Shown here piece after piece: positions 36,701 to 56,265 of a stretch of 64,000 bases of DNA. The position numbers and the translations under genes are program-made. Below the pieces are notes generated by a model. The model was not told the origin of the DNA, made no database searches, and worked only from the letters and a program-made list of their open reading frames with translations. Source of the DNA: Enoplolaimus lenunculus (lineage: Eukaryota); assembly GCA_030248215.1 (NCBI GenBank), contig JASANG010000266.1, forward strand, positions 248,001 through 312,000, in the 5' to 3' direction. Every line of letters begins with the position of its first letter. The stretch's first letter is position 1.

Positions 36701-39700
36701 GCCTCGTCTCAGTGAAACTGCTAAAAGATCTCTGCGTAGCATATGCGGAACACTAGGAGAGTTCTAACAAAGTCCACCCGAGAGCTGAGGTTCTCAGATC
36801 AGGGAATAGTTTCCAAGAACTCAAAACACTTTAACTATCCATTGGGTGCCAGGGTCTTTTCAAGAAGTAGGTATTTGACGACAACCATTGAACGGTTAAG
36901 GCACCTGTGAAGATCAGGGGGCAGACCGTTTTTCCTCGGGACTGCAATTGGGCAAGCTTAGCTTTAGGCTATTTTTTTGCTTTTATCTTACGTTCAGGCG
37001 AATCAGTCTCGACGCTTTTATTCATTTCACTGCAGTACATTAAACACCAGGACCGCAGTAGCATTGTTAATTAAAACACTTGCTCGGATATTTAAGGTAT
37101 TGGCGATCACAAAAGTGATATATCTTAAACAATCAGTCAAATATGACCAAATCTCTTTCTAATTTTAAACTGCAACATTTATTCATAACTGAAAAGTTTC
37201 CTACCGTTGACGCTTGCAGTTATACTTTTGCTAAACTGTGGTTGTACATGAAGGAAATTTGTGTGCCGATGAAAGGCAACGAGGATTCGTGTTCTCCGGG
37301 GAGCAATTATGAATAGTTTAGGTTTGTTGGCTTTAGTATTTGCGGTACATTAGGTTAAGCATGCATTGTCGGCAGAGCAAGATAAAATCGGCCAAAATAT
37401 ATGATTATTTTTTGGATTGTGCTAGATAAAACGCATAAATTGAAAAACTGTATTATTGGCACGTTTTGCGTACTAGAGTTAAAAAGGATCACAGTATTAA
37501 ATGTGTTGATGGGATATTAGTTTTATGGCAAGGTGTTGCTATTTTCAACTGTGCACAGCACCTATCTTTAGGGCACATTTTTTAAAATGTGTATAGCAAC
37601 GTTATCAGTTAGCAATAGGCTTTCAAACTCACTATTGCAGTTGTTAAATTTAAAATTGGTACAGGAGTAAATTACAATATACGAAAAGTGTACTGCACTT
37701 TGAGCCTCAGCATTCAATTGTTCAAAAGTTACACAACCTATTACAAACTGGAGATACAGGTGACACATTTGAGAATACGGGCATTTTGTCAGTAGGTCTA
37801 ATAGTTTTCGAACGACTAAACACCATGTGTTCAACGTCATGGGGGTCGGCGCGTATGTGTATGTTGTGTAGTTGGATTTTCCTGAGTCCTTCAAACAATA
37901 GTTTATATAAATATGTTTAGAGAGTGATAATTGTACACTATCTTTAACTCAAGAATTTAAAAACTCATTCAAAAATTGGTTCAACTGGGCCATTGTTGAA
38001 CCCTCCACACAACCCAAATTTTGGCACTGCTCATATTCAACACCTGTTTGGTATTTAATGCAGCCAGCATCACACACTTCTACGTTTTATAAGTGAAGTA
38101 GTTCCGGTGTTTCTAAGGAAATTGCTAAAAATGTAAAAAATCTTTCTGCTACAGTTGCGTGTTGTATGTGCTGCTTTTTATACACAAGAATTGTCTGAAA
38201 ATTTAAAATCTGTTACATTATTCAATTTGGAAAACTACAAAATTTAAAATTTCAGGCATAAATAATCGTAAAAACTTTTAATTTTGTGTCTTAAATGTCT
38301 AAAATATTCATTTTTTTATAGTAAAAAATTATATTGTGAACTCATAGGACTAAAATTTCTTAATTTCAGCAATAGTTGTCCAATATCCAACAGCTAATTT
38401 CCTGGTTTTATTGAATGCAAACGAGTTGTTCCGTTTGTATTCTCAATAGTGTATGTACATAATTAAAATTTAAGCATAATTCGGATTGAACCCATGCTTA
38501 CCCAGCCCAAGTTTACGTCTCGGATGTATCTTAAATAGGTTGTGAAATTAGAGTATTTGGGTGAGTTTCAGATCTTCATTTAGATTATTCGTCTAGGGCG
38601 AATCTATGCTTCTCAAACTTGTCTTGAGCATCAACAAAACTATGCTTGTATTCCAAAAATAGTTGTCTTAAATGTTTATAAAATCTTGAATGTTAAACGT
38701 TCAAGTTCGAAAAATTCAAAACCTATATTGTTTAAAAATTTTAGAATTTAAAATCTCAAATTCAAGATATATATGTCGGCGAGTCTCTACTAAAGTCACA
38801 ATTGTCTGAAATTTTACAAAAAGTTGGTTAAATAGAAAACAATTTGTTCTATGAGCATAAGTGAATATCTTGCAAAGTTTGAAAATGGTTTAGATGTTCT
38901 GCGCAAATTTATACAAATCAAAATCTAAAATCGCTTATGGCCAGCAGGACACCTGCCGCCTAACGGTGGTCTGCCAGCTTTATCTAAATACTAAACTTAC
39001 TAAAATTGGATCATAGGTTAAGAGTTTTGCAGCAGCATATCTGATGGTCAGAATATGGTTCGTTGCAAAAATGTGTTCCTAAGCCTAAGCTTAAGCTTAA
39101 GCCAGAAATTGTAATCTAGAATCTAAACCCACTCTTTTACAGACCCACCAGAAACCTCTACGCCCCTTAAAGTAACATACACCGTTATTTATGCACACAA
39201 AGTATGAAAGTTTGCGAAAAAAAATTTGCATTCTCGCGTGTGACATGATGAAGAATTCCCAACGAACTTGTTTATATGCTAGTCACGTTAAACTCCGAAA
39301 AAGAGAAATTCGGCGAGCTCGTTGAAATTTAATCTTACGTCCAATGCAAGCAAATTTTCAATTCATGCAATATATATGCGAAATATATATATGACAAATA
39401 GCGCAGACACTAGGTACATATTATATAAATGCATGGATAGGAAGCATACAGTGCTGCGGTTTGCGACCAAACTCTTGCAGTTTAAAATTAATGATACCAA
39501 AATTGAAACCAATAAATATATGCGCCATATCTGGAACAGCCCTTGGGAATTTGTTGAACTAGAAGGTTCTTTGGATTTTGTGGCACTAATATATATGTAA
39601 ATATTGAACTGAATGACCAAAAAGTAAACTAGAAGAAGAGCAGATAGAACTGTGCGGTCGTTAAGGAGCATGTAATACTTTATATTTTATTGTCAAACAA

Positions 39701-41267
39701 TACTTTAAAGTGAAATATATAAGAATTAAACGTATAAATCAAACGTGCAAAGTTTGGCAGCTTCGTTGAATCCAGGCGAGGGTTCGACATTCATCCCCTT
39801 TTAACTATAGAATCAAAACCAAAATGTATTAACATTTAGCGCAAGATTTGGGCTTAGATTTTTGCTCGCTTGGTTCGTGACGGTTATACGTGAACTTTAT
39901 GGTATAGCCCTCCTGTTAGAAATTTTTCTAACCGCCGCTCTGTAGCTTATAATAATTTTGGCTTAAAAATTTCTCTATCGGCCACTGTGTGGCGCCTTGT
40001 GGCCAATAATTTTGGTATACCCCAAACATAAGTGAACAAAACTTTAAAGATTATATAATAATTATTGCTTGACGGCAATAAATTCGCTTTATTCGATAAA
40101 ACCCCCCGGAACGATGGACATACAACCCTTATATTATATACTCTGCGTGCTTAAATTTATAATAAACAATGCTTCAGTACTTATATATCATGGTTTACAT
40201 CGTATTTACTTTTAGCTAAAACAGCTAATATACTATGGGATGCTCGTACATCATTAATTAATAAAATTCAATTCTTGAGGAAATTTGTGATATGGAGGAA
40301 ACACATCTATTTACTGTTCATATTTTAATAGAAACTTGTGTTTAATTTCAAAACTAACAACTATAATATATATCAGTCCTTCTCTTAAATTGTTAATTCT
40401 TAGATCAGTTTTTTGATTCGTGGAGTGGTGTATAATTGACACGTTTGTGTTTGAGTTGACACTCATATATCTAGGCACTAGGCAGCGGCAGTATATATCC
40501 TTAGGTTCACAGTGAAAACGGGAAATTTACAAACTTCACCATTAAGTACGTCCAATTTTGGTTAAATCTACCTGTATTTCTGCGAACTGTAATTTAAGTG
40601 ATACGCGTGAAGCATTCAGATTTTAAACTTTGATAATGTTCATTTCAACTATGCTCAAACTCAGCATGTAATTTCTGATTACGTTTAAATACACCTTGGT
40701 GAATCAATGCGTTCATATAGACCAATTATGTTGAACTTTGTCCAATTCTATGAACTAAATTACACACAGCACAAATTGTGTTTATACTTGAGAAAGTGTT
40801 TTTGAAATTTCAAACAATTAAGGTAGGTTTGCAGGATTCCAAAATGCTGTGTTTGTCTTAGAAATTTTTAATATAAACATTTCAGACACTAATTTTGAAC
40901 CTCTTTAGACTTTAAAATAAAAAAATTTTAATCATAAAAATTAGGACTATTCGAGTCTGGACATTTTAAAACAATTTGTTGTGTCGTAGTTGGTTGAAAC
41001 GCAATGTTGCAAAAATAAATTTTCATCTGTGTAGAACAAGAAACGTCTAAAGATTAAACTTGGCGATATAAAAATTCGAAATTGCACCCATTTTAGATTG
41101 AAAACCAATATCTATTTTATTTATTTTTGCTACGTCGCATTTCACCTGTCACTTTTTACGTTTTGTTAAACCGAAGTCAAAACAACGCAAAGGACTACAA
41201 GCAAAATTAAAATAAGTCTATTTACACTTGGTTGTAAACAAATATTTCGAAACTTTAACAGTATATA

Positions 41268-41443
41268 CTAGTCAGACGGTTTTGCGCAATGCCCAAAAAT
41301 TCGTGATTGCACAAACATCTGTATGCAGATTTTGTTGTCGTGGAACAATCACGTTTACGTTCTAAGAATTCATTGTAAGTAAAGCAATGCTACAAAATTG
41401 CTCAAAACACGCATGTGGGACATTCCAACTTTAATTATATAGA
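41268..41443 (-). mobile_element. Complete non-autonomous mini-Helitron (176 bp)
   Basis: On the minus strand A|TCTATA...TTTGGGCATTGCGCAAAA...CTAG|T; same family as 33569-33744. Confidence 0.85.
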
Positions 41444-42198
41444 TTTTGCTGCCAGCGTAAATTATGGCGCATGTCCATCGAAAAGTCAATAGTTTAAAGT
41501 ATCGGTGTTACGATATACTGAATAGGACATTGCTAAAACGACAAGTTTATTGGTTTTCTTTTATAATTTTTACGGTGCAGTCAAGTCCAGAGGTAAATAG
41601 TTCATATTGAAGCAATCAGGGATGTTGGTGGTTAAACTTCAAAATACGTTTTTGTCACTGTTCTGCTCAGAATGCTAGTATTGATCAATTTGACACAACC
41701 CCGAAGGCAAAGCATCATTTTCAAGTATTAAGCAATCACAAGTATGATTTTGTATGTATGTATGTATATTTTAGCCGCTGTAGGCAAGTTGAGACCTGAA
41801 CCCTCGGCTTGATTTCAGGCCCGTGGCCACCTCACCTTTCTAGAAGGTGGCTAAAATGTTTTAAGAGGTGCATACAAAGGCTTTTGTTGACTTACAAGCA
41901 AGGTTCAAAATTTTCTATGGGGGACAGAATTTTCACAAGGTTGCGTTCATTATGATCCGCTCTTGCTAATGGAGGTGAATGTTTGATACACAGCGTTGAA
42001 GATATTATAAACTTAAACGAGATCCTATGTACATAATCAATGTGCTACCAATATTGCATATAACACGGTTGCTTTACACTTCATTATTAATTTTAGTGTT
42101 TCACATTCCGAGCATAGCTAACGTACAATTTCATTTACTGTATAACTATGAAAAAATAACCTTCAGCCAATAGATCTTCATGGCTGATCAGTAAAGGT

Positions 42199-47869
<5,671 letters not shown>

Positions 47870-48527
47870 ACTTTATCAGTGTTGCTTTTTTTAATTTTAC
47901 GGTCGTTTTGCTTTGTAACAGTTTTAGACTGGAATCCGGATCGCTATTCTGATCTGCCTTTCTAAAGCCCCTATCGCTAGTTAACTGGTATTCAAACAAA
48001 CGAACTGTACCAGGTGCTTAAATCGAACTCTACTCACACGTAGGAAAAATCAAATGGAAATAAATGTACTGAGTTTAGAAGCTTCACACTCGCGGTTTAA
48101 AAACTATTAGGGCCGGTCAGCCACCGCTGATAGATGGATGCGCAACCCATTTGAAAATATGTTTACCGTTTACAAACTGCAGGGGTGTATCCGCGTGATA
48201 GAGTAAAAGATGCGCTATCATTTACCGTTCTGGAAGTTGCACTTCATGCTGTTTAAAGCAACTGTACGCCTGCTAATTTTTTAAAACCAGTCTTTTGTTG
48301 TAAGATTTAAAGCTAAAAAACTGTATATAATTAGCGGACGTTTTGCGACGATAAAAAGCGCAGGAACATTGCGGCTATTGAAACTGCAAGTCAAATTTGA
48401 TTTTCAAACCAAAAAATTGTATCTAATGGTTATCATGGAACATTGTTAGTTTTGATTAATTTTTTTTGTTATAAATAAATTTTTTGAACAAAGTTGAACG
48501 CATCTTTAAAAGACGTTGCTAAATTTT

Positions 48528-51500
48528 TTAGCATTTGTTCGAGACTTGACCAGCCAAATGGTTACACACAAAATACTTTTTGTCCGACGAATTTTTCGCA
48601 CTGCATGTCTTTTGAATCCAGCGTGGAATTGCAAAATTAAAGTTGACGTAATCAGTTAAATACGTTAAATATATCCTGTTTATAGTTTCAAGATCATTTT
48701 CAAATAAGTCGTACACAGTGCGGAAAGCAACATCACTAATGTCGGTTGGCATATGAGTAGCAAGTAATGGTAATGATCTGAAAAATGTTAAAGTACACTA
48801 GGAGGTATACTTGTTGCGTTTCATCCTTGAAAGCTTATACTCGCATTATAACTGGAATAGCAAAATAGGCTTCGGCTAACGCTAATACGGTTAGAGTTAG
48901 GGTTTGCCTCCGGATTCGCCGTAGCATCATAATGAGTAGTTGTGTAAATAAAGAATGCTTAGCCTTCCATTAAACTAACACCGGTTTGTGGTAAGTCAGC
49001 ATTTTATATGCGCATCAGGAAAGTAGCAAAGATTTCTTGTCAAGAAAGTATGCATTATTGAAGAAAGACTACTTACGAGTCCAGTGGGTATGTGCAGCCC
49101 AGCGAGTAAATTAAAATGTTATTATACAAATCGTTATTTCATTTAGAACGGTGAGACGAGTATAATTCCGATTTTGGCGATATCAAGGCTAACTCAAAAT
49201 CACCACTGACGTTAATCAAAAATTAAAATAGCACCGAAGCCCACAATTTAATTTTTTGATAATTACTATAAATTTCATGGCCGATATATAGAACTTGGCC
49301 GTAAACATTATCATAAGCATATTCCTAAGCCTATAACCCTAGGCCTAAGCGTAAGAATTTGCTTATTACGTAAGCGTAAAGCTAAGCGAAAAATTAGTTT
49401 AAACCATATGTATACTCTATTGCAGTCCCGCAGAACAACATTCCGCCCCTGATTTTTACGTGTGCCAATGTCAATATAGGAAACAGCTAATAGTCTGTTT
49501 AGTCAGCTGGAAAAAAGAGCTTTGTTTCCGATAGAAATGTTGCCAGTGATTCCAGCAAATTTGGTTGTGAAATTTTTAGAATTCCAATAAAAGGGCAGTT
49601 TCACCGAGTTTGTGTGTATTAACCTTGGTGCATCATTGAAAGTTTTAAATGCCGAACTTGACCAAAAAGAAAGGTTAATTGCGAATTTTGGACGTCTTGT
49701 AGTATTGTTATCACTTAACCCCTTCTCACAGAGTCCTGAGGCAACGCGGAAAAAAAAATCCCAGAGGGCCCCCCGCCCGGGCCCCCCCCCCCCCCCGCGC
49801 CAAAAAAAAAGCCGGGGAAAAAAAAATTAATTTTGCTTCCCCTCCGGTATTATTCAAACCCGGTTGTACACTCTGATACGTATTACGTAGCAACTATCTC
49901 ACCGATCCGGTCCCCATCCAGAATCGACCAAGTTTAAGCTGATATTCTTCACAGCTATCGCAATCTCCTCTCGAATTCGCTGTCGAGTCCTATTCTCATG
50001 ATACAAATTGTTCAATTTCTCCAAATCAGACAGTGTATCTTCTTGAACGACGCCGCCAGACATCCATTTGTCCAAATAATCGTCGAATCCACAAAACCAC
50101 GATTGAGGATAAAATCGTACCAATGACGGCCACTTTGGAAAACCACGCGGCTCCGAGCCGGATTGAGACAAATTTCGAAGCCGCGTTTGTAGTTCTATTG
50201 TGAAGCAACTTAAATTTGCTTTGCAGTTGAAACATGCTTCGCTGCCCAAGTTTTCATCGGCTCTGGGTGGTGGGGTGTGATGTTGTTCGTAGTAGATAGG
50301 TAAATGGCCACCGCAATGAGATAGCCATGATACAACAAATCGGTGTATAGGTTCGCGAATAAATGTTAATTTACTGTATGTAGGGTCGTAGTAGATGACA
50401 TGTCTAAAAACTTTAAAACCCGACTGACATATGTAATAGTTGTAGCACAGCTTTGCTGTTCTTTCGAGATATGAACGCACGCTGCTAGACTGCGTCAAGT
50501 GTGCGCTACGAGCCGAACGAAGTGACGGCGAGTGCGTGTACGAGAACATCGCTATCTTGCTGCGCAAGTGAATAAAGAACGATTGTACGCACAAGTGTGG
50601 TACGATTGCGATATCATGAGTTGTGCACAAGTGCGCTGCGCGCTTTTCCTAAGCCTAAGCCTTAACCTTAACGTTACAAGTAGATGAACGTAATCAAGCT
50701 ACCTCTTACATTTCCTCCCACCGATGGTGAACGTCAAACTCCCTACTTTGAACAGGTCAAAGATGTTTTGCAGGGCGTTCTCTCAAAAAAACGTGCGGAT
50801 ATTTTTGTGTGAGATGCATAAAGAAAGCACTACGCAACTCACTCGTCCAATTTTGACTTGCGATACATTGCTCCCAACGGCGCAGTGCAACCTTCGTCGA
50901 TAACCACAGATGGATTGGATTGTATTTTTGCTTTGATTGCACGGTCATCTTTAGATGCCATCAGAACGCAAAACAACGCTGAAGTGAGATAAAGGTACTA
51001 AACAGAGCCTATTGGTAGTTATGTTGGAATTTTTTGGAAAAACGAATAAAAATCCACTAGCAAGTTATATTGAAAAATCTGTTGCATCTGTAGAAGTTAA
51101 AATTTTCCGCTGGCTATACTTGCACGCAGTTAACAGTGCAAGCGGTTTCGAGGCACATACAACTTGTAGCTGCATGCGATCGGAGTAAACATGACCGTGT
51201 GAATAGAATAAGAGTGGCGCTATACTTTTGATGACGTTCGAACCGTCCATCACTTTCCGACGCCGCCCGTTACCGTCTGTCACAACGTAACCATACGGTA
51301 CCGTGCGGTGTCGTACTTACGTGAATTACACACGAACGGATCCGTATGGTATGGTAACCGACGTTGATGCACAGTGCCAAACTGCGACAGATAGCACCGC
51401 ACGAACAAGCATAGCGCCACCTTAACGCTTAAGACTTCGTCTTAAATAATTCTTGATCTTATGAGATGGTCGGTTGTTGCGTGTATGAAATGGTCATGTT

Positions 51501-51894
51501 AAAGTATAAAAAATCAGATATGTTTCTTCCAAACATCAATAGGTATACCTTTAAAATGAACATCAAGATTATTAGGCAAATTACAATAGACAATTTTGCG
51601 GCCAGGATCGAAAATTGGCACAAACATTGCAGCTGTTAGCGCACCGAATACCGGCGGATCAAGATACCAGCGTTTAATTTCAGCGTGCTTCAGAGCATAA
51701 AATTCTCCAATACATTTATGTCTGGATTGACGAACGGAAGTTGTAACCAGCTGACTAGCACTTTTAGGAACTTGAGTTCTAATAGTTGATTTTGTCAGTC
51801 GTACAAGTAATACAGTTAAATGGTCGATGACAATAAGTCCAAAGAGTATAACGGCACAAATTGCCAAAAAATGCAGCAATACATGGTATCTCAT
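48528..51894 (-). CDS. Type II membrane (Golgi) sulfotransferase-family protein of the carbohydrate sulfotransferase/HNK-1ST type, 410 aa; exons 51894-51549, 50978-50843, 50403-49903, 48777-48528
   Basis: Phase-consistent splicing (1,2,2). N-terminal signal anchor; YCNLPNN...ALFCVL in the 5'-PSB region, FIREPIHRFVVSW in the 3'-PB region, CFNC..NLSCF, FYPQSWFCGF, and C-terminal Y..DY..FNF.IP, all as in nematode members of this family. Confidence 0.85.
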
Positions 51895-52301
51895 GTTTAT
51901 AATTGAAATATTAATAAATCATTGTTTTTAACCATTGGCATTACATTAAATATTATATAGTAAATACATTGAAGCATATCGCGTTTAGTGCAATTATAGT
52001 GCATTGTAAATAGTAAAATAATAAACTAAAGATATTGGCAGCACATGAAAATGCTCAGTTTAACGCATAGTGTTTTCGTGAGCAGCTAAGAATAATTAAG
52101 CGTATTTGGAACAAATCCACTTCGCTGAATCACTTCTGCATACCAGCGTGCAGCCTGTGGTTCCGCGTCCGGCTACGGCATAAAATCGACCTCCGGCTCC
52201 GGTAAAATTTTTGCCGAAAGTTTTCGACAATTTCAGTATTGAACTTCGATGCAGTTTTACAAAATTTCTCTTTGGAGTGAATCAATACTACTTTTTTTGT
52301 C

Positions 52302-52731
52302 TATTAGTTTACAGGATACTGAAAAACCTGAAGTACCACGGCGCGGTACCCGTGTGGTTTCGGCTTCCACTGTTACTTGACTCCAACTAACTCTCCCAGT
52401 AGAACATTCTCGCCAACTTTAGTTAGCAGGACACATTCTTCTTAATCATATTTTTTATATATTAGTTTACAGGATACTGAAAAAACTTCGTGCGGTTTCG
52501 GCTTCCACTGTTACTTGACTTCAACTAACTCTCCCAGTAGAACATTCTCGCCAACTTTATTTAGCAGGACACCTTCACCCTTAATAATACTTTTTATATA
52601 TTAGTTTACAGGATACTGAAAAAACTTAAGTACCACGGCGGGGTACCCGTGCGGTTTCGGCTTCCACTGTTACTTGACTTCAACTAACTCACCCAGTAGA
52701 ACATTCTCACCAACTTTAGTTAGCAGGACAC
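52302..52731. repeat. Three tandem copies of a ~130-bp unit (starts 52302, 52460, 52599)
   Basis: TATTAGTTTACAGGATACTGAAAAA...TTAGCAGGACAC is repeated; the middle copy has an internal deletion of ~20 bp. Confidence 0.92.
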
Positions 52732-53854
52732 GTTACCCCTTACATTTGACGCAATTTAGAGGCAAGAATTTGCCGATATTTTGTAATAAATAAGCGTATA
52801 AACCAAACAGTTTAACAACACATTACAGAAATTTGCTAAAAGTAACAAATTAAACATCATTTTAATTACATAATTTCGCCTCAGCTCCGGCTTTACCTCT
52901 GGATCCGGCAAGTTTTGTTGACCTTCTGCTTCGGTAGTAGGCCACGGCTGGCCACATTCGCCCATTTTGTATTCATCTGCGCCAGTTAAAACTCCTGCAA
53001 TATTGACCGATTGTCAGCGATTTGCGAACTTAATCTAAAAAAACCTGAAATCATGGTTCAAGTGCTAGCCACCACTGATTCAAATTCCTCGACACTTTTA
53101 ATATACCTCACTTCTGATCCAATTTACTGTTTTCAGATCACCAAGGGTTAAGTTAGAAGACTGTCGTTGTCAAAGAGTAGGGTCATGCTGATGATCTGAG
53201 GTAAAACTTTAGCGGAAAGTTTGGTTTCATATTCTATAAAATTGTAGCAGCTAGAGCTATGCTGCAAACACAATTTTTGGGTATGTGTTTAGTTTTCTCC
53301 AGAAACATTGCCCTCCCACACTCAAAATAATATTTTTGATGTTTAAGAAAAAATTTCTTACACTTAAGAAATACAATTAGCAAGGTGCACCTGAAAAGTA
53401 ATGCTGTTATAACAAAAAAGTTTTCAGAAAAGTTTTAAAATAAAGTCTGAAACTATTAAACGTCTTACAGTTATTTTTAGAAAAATTGTCTTAAATATCA
53501 GAAAAACTTTTCAGATTTGCCACAGAAAATACTTTTCTGGATCAATTCAGAAATACTTTTTTGTGTGCACACACACACAACTCAATATAATAAAAGTAAG
53601 CTTTGGCTTGTAATTAGGGTAAGGAAAATATTAAGCAGCAATGTGAGAGGAAACTCTCGGTTGTGTTCCTCACGTTACTAGTTAAATATTATCGTGTAGA
53701 GAGAAATATATGCATTCGTAGCCTCTTCGACTAAAATTAACGTATTCGACCGTAGCACTGTTCCAGGTTGTACAAGCGATATGCGTCACTAATTTTGGTA
53801 TATGTAGAGATTTACACTATAACGGTTTTTGCGCTGGCCCTTGACTACGATGAC

Positions 53855-54060
53855 CAACTTTAAGAGGTGTAACAGTAGATTAAACGTATTCCTAAGCCTA
53901 AGCGTTGCAAAAATGAGTGGCTAAGCCTAAGCCTAAACTAAAAGCCTAAGCCAAACCAAAAGCCTAAGCCTAAAGCCTAAGTAAAAATGTAATCAAGAAT
54001 CTAAACCTGCTGTTTTATAGACCCACCAGAAACCTGGACGCCTCTTAAAGTAACATGAGC
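53855..54060 (-). mobile_element. TTAGGC-bearing element family A copy
   Basis: 14-bp inverted repeats ACTTTAAGAGGTGT (53857-53870) / ACGCCTCTTAAAGT (54038-54051) enclose GCCTAA arrays. Confidence 0.8.
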
Positions 54061-54764
54061 CACTACGAGGAACAGGCTGAACGGGCGCCAGCCCTACGGA
54101 CGTTTTTACTCCTGTTTTGTTGACAACAGGGAGAACATTTTACATTTAGGAAATGAATTTTTCCCGGAGAAATTTTTTATCCCTTTGTCGTCGGGAAATA
54201 ATGCATATTTACGACAAGCTCGAACTGTGAGGTCGTTTTAGGTTTAGAAAGCATGTACCTGAAACCAGTTCCTGGTAACAATGAAGAAGAATACCGAGTA
54301 GTTAGAGAGTTAGAGCACGTCTTTGCATTTTTCCGAGATATGAACGCACGCTGCTGCGACGCTTCAAGTGTGTAGAACGAGCGCGAGTTCTTCGCCTACG
54401 CGCGCGCACAGCGGAGATGTCTGAGTGCACAGTGCTTCTGAAGCAGCGCCAAACATTCACCAAAAGTAGAACTTTATGCTATGAGCTATGCCAACGTCAG
54501 AGAGCATACGACTCTATGCACGTTTAGCTTTGGAACACTTTTCACACATAGGCTTATGCTCAGGTTTAGGCTCAGGTTTAGGCTCAGACAAGTTTCGGAA
54601 AAGGCTTTTATTAACATGGGCCAAGCTCAAAACGTTTTCCTGCATTTTTACCAAAACATCTGATTATAAGCCTAAGCCTAAACCGTACTCTTAAAGAGGA
54701 AAGCTGTCAAGTAGTTGTTGACGTTTCATTTGCTGAGATTTTTTTTAAAAAGAAGCTTAAAGGC

Positions 54765-55364
54765 TACTGTAGTGACCTGAACAAAAGGGGGCTGATATTT
54801 ATTTGGCCTCTCCAGAGGCTGCCCCCTGTTATTCGGTTGCGGACTGTTATTTATCTTTAATCGCCCTCCGCCGCCCTTCGTTACCGATATATATCCGGTA
54901 TTGCAACTATCCGTTGAATTAAACGTTTTTTGCCTTGCATCAAAAACTTGAGCGATAATGCAAGGTTATACTTTGGAATGTTGCTTTCAAAACTTAAGTA
55001 CGCTTTAAAGGTTCGTACTCAAATTTATTTGGTCCTCTAGTCATTTATGCGCTACAATTAGGGATAATTGACATATACGGACTCAAATTAGGGTTTGGTT
55101 TAGGGAATCTATCCGCTTACGGAATCTTATTAGCGATACGGACTCCTATTGATTGGGACTCAAAATGGAGACTCCCCCTTTTAATACCCCGCTCTTATTC
55201 AGGTCACGACAGTAACCTTCGAAACCACTGCGGAATTTTTTGGCGGCGGAGGGCGATTAAAGGTAAATAATACAGTCCGTAACAGAATAACAAGAGTGGG
55301 GGGTACCCTCTGAAGAGGCCAGCTAAATATCAATCCCCCCACTTTTATTCGGGTCACTACAGTA
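54765..55364. mobile_element. TA-flanked CTGTAGTG MITE (54765-55214) plus an adjacent inverted partial copy (~55241-55364)
   Basis: TACTGTAGTGACCTGAA / TTCAGGTCACGACAGTA termini; homologs at 13341-13732 and 59406-59595. Confidence 0.85.
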
Positions 55365-55995
55365 TCTGTTATCTGTATGCGAATACTTTTGCTGGAACTG
55401 TCGGCACAGTTTCGAAACATACAGCTAGATTTTGCTGTATATGCAACCAGAACAGTTCTGAAACATGTATTGCTGCAGAAACAATTGGGCTGTTCGTAGC
55501 GTATTTTTTGCTAAACAGCCTTACAATTTTATACCAGTTTACAGTCTCGAAAAGCTTCTAAACATATTTTTGTTGGAACAGCTGGGACAACTTTATTTAG
55601 AGTTAGTCTCAGTCTTAAACTCAGGTTTAGGTTCGACATAGCGCATAGGTCTAGATTTACGTTTGGGTTTAAAATTAAGAGGATTTCAAGCTGTCCTTAA
55701 TGTCCCTGGGACATTATAGGTATCGAAAATCATAACGGTTCCGCTATTACATCAAATATCTATAGGTTACGATGCTGTCTCCGTTGTATCGCTATCGAAT
55801 CAGAAATATAAGCTGAGAAGCTATCACCTCCTGGTTATTCAAGCATAAATAATCTCAGCAGCACTCATCATCTTATAGTTGACTGACTGTATACCTGCTC
55901 TTTGCTTCTTGTGAAAATTGGGATGCACATCGTAGTAGTAGTAGTAGTACTGGTGGGATTTTTATGTTGTTAGTACAATCAAGAGTGTGCAATTC

Positions 55996-56265
55996 AAGAG
56001 TGTGCAACTTGGGGTTCCGTATGGTACAAAATGTATCGCCGGGTGTTTCGTTTTTGGTTGACTCCCTATGTTTAGAGGGGGGATTGCTGTCACGTACAGT
56101 ACCCCTAAATTAAACTATAAGCGGACCATTTCTTTAGCCGGATACGTACGCAGTGCCGTGGGTCACACAGGTTGTTCCCCACTGTAAATAAGGGGGTCGG
56201 TCAAAAACGACAACGCGTGCCGGGCACAGCTTGTATCATGCAAAACCCCAAGAGTTGCACACTTT
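55996..56265. mobile_element. Decayed fold-back element with ~75-bp imperfect inverted arms
   Basis: AAGAGTGTGCAACTTGGGGTT... pairs with ...AACCCCAAGAGTTGCACACTT. Confidence 0.6.

Noticed and set aside
13000..42000. Numerous 60-130 aa ORFs in the gene-poor interval
   Set aside because: AT-biased composition, many non-ATG starts, no recognisable motifs and no consistent splice chains apart from the low-confidence model reported.
50404..50630. N-terminal part of the 243-aa ORF
   Set aside because: It lies upstream of the TTTTTAG acceptor at 50403 and overlaps a dispersed repeat also seen at ~54330-54410.
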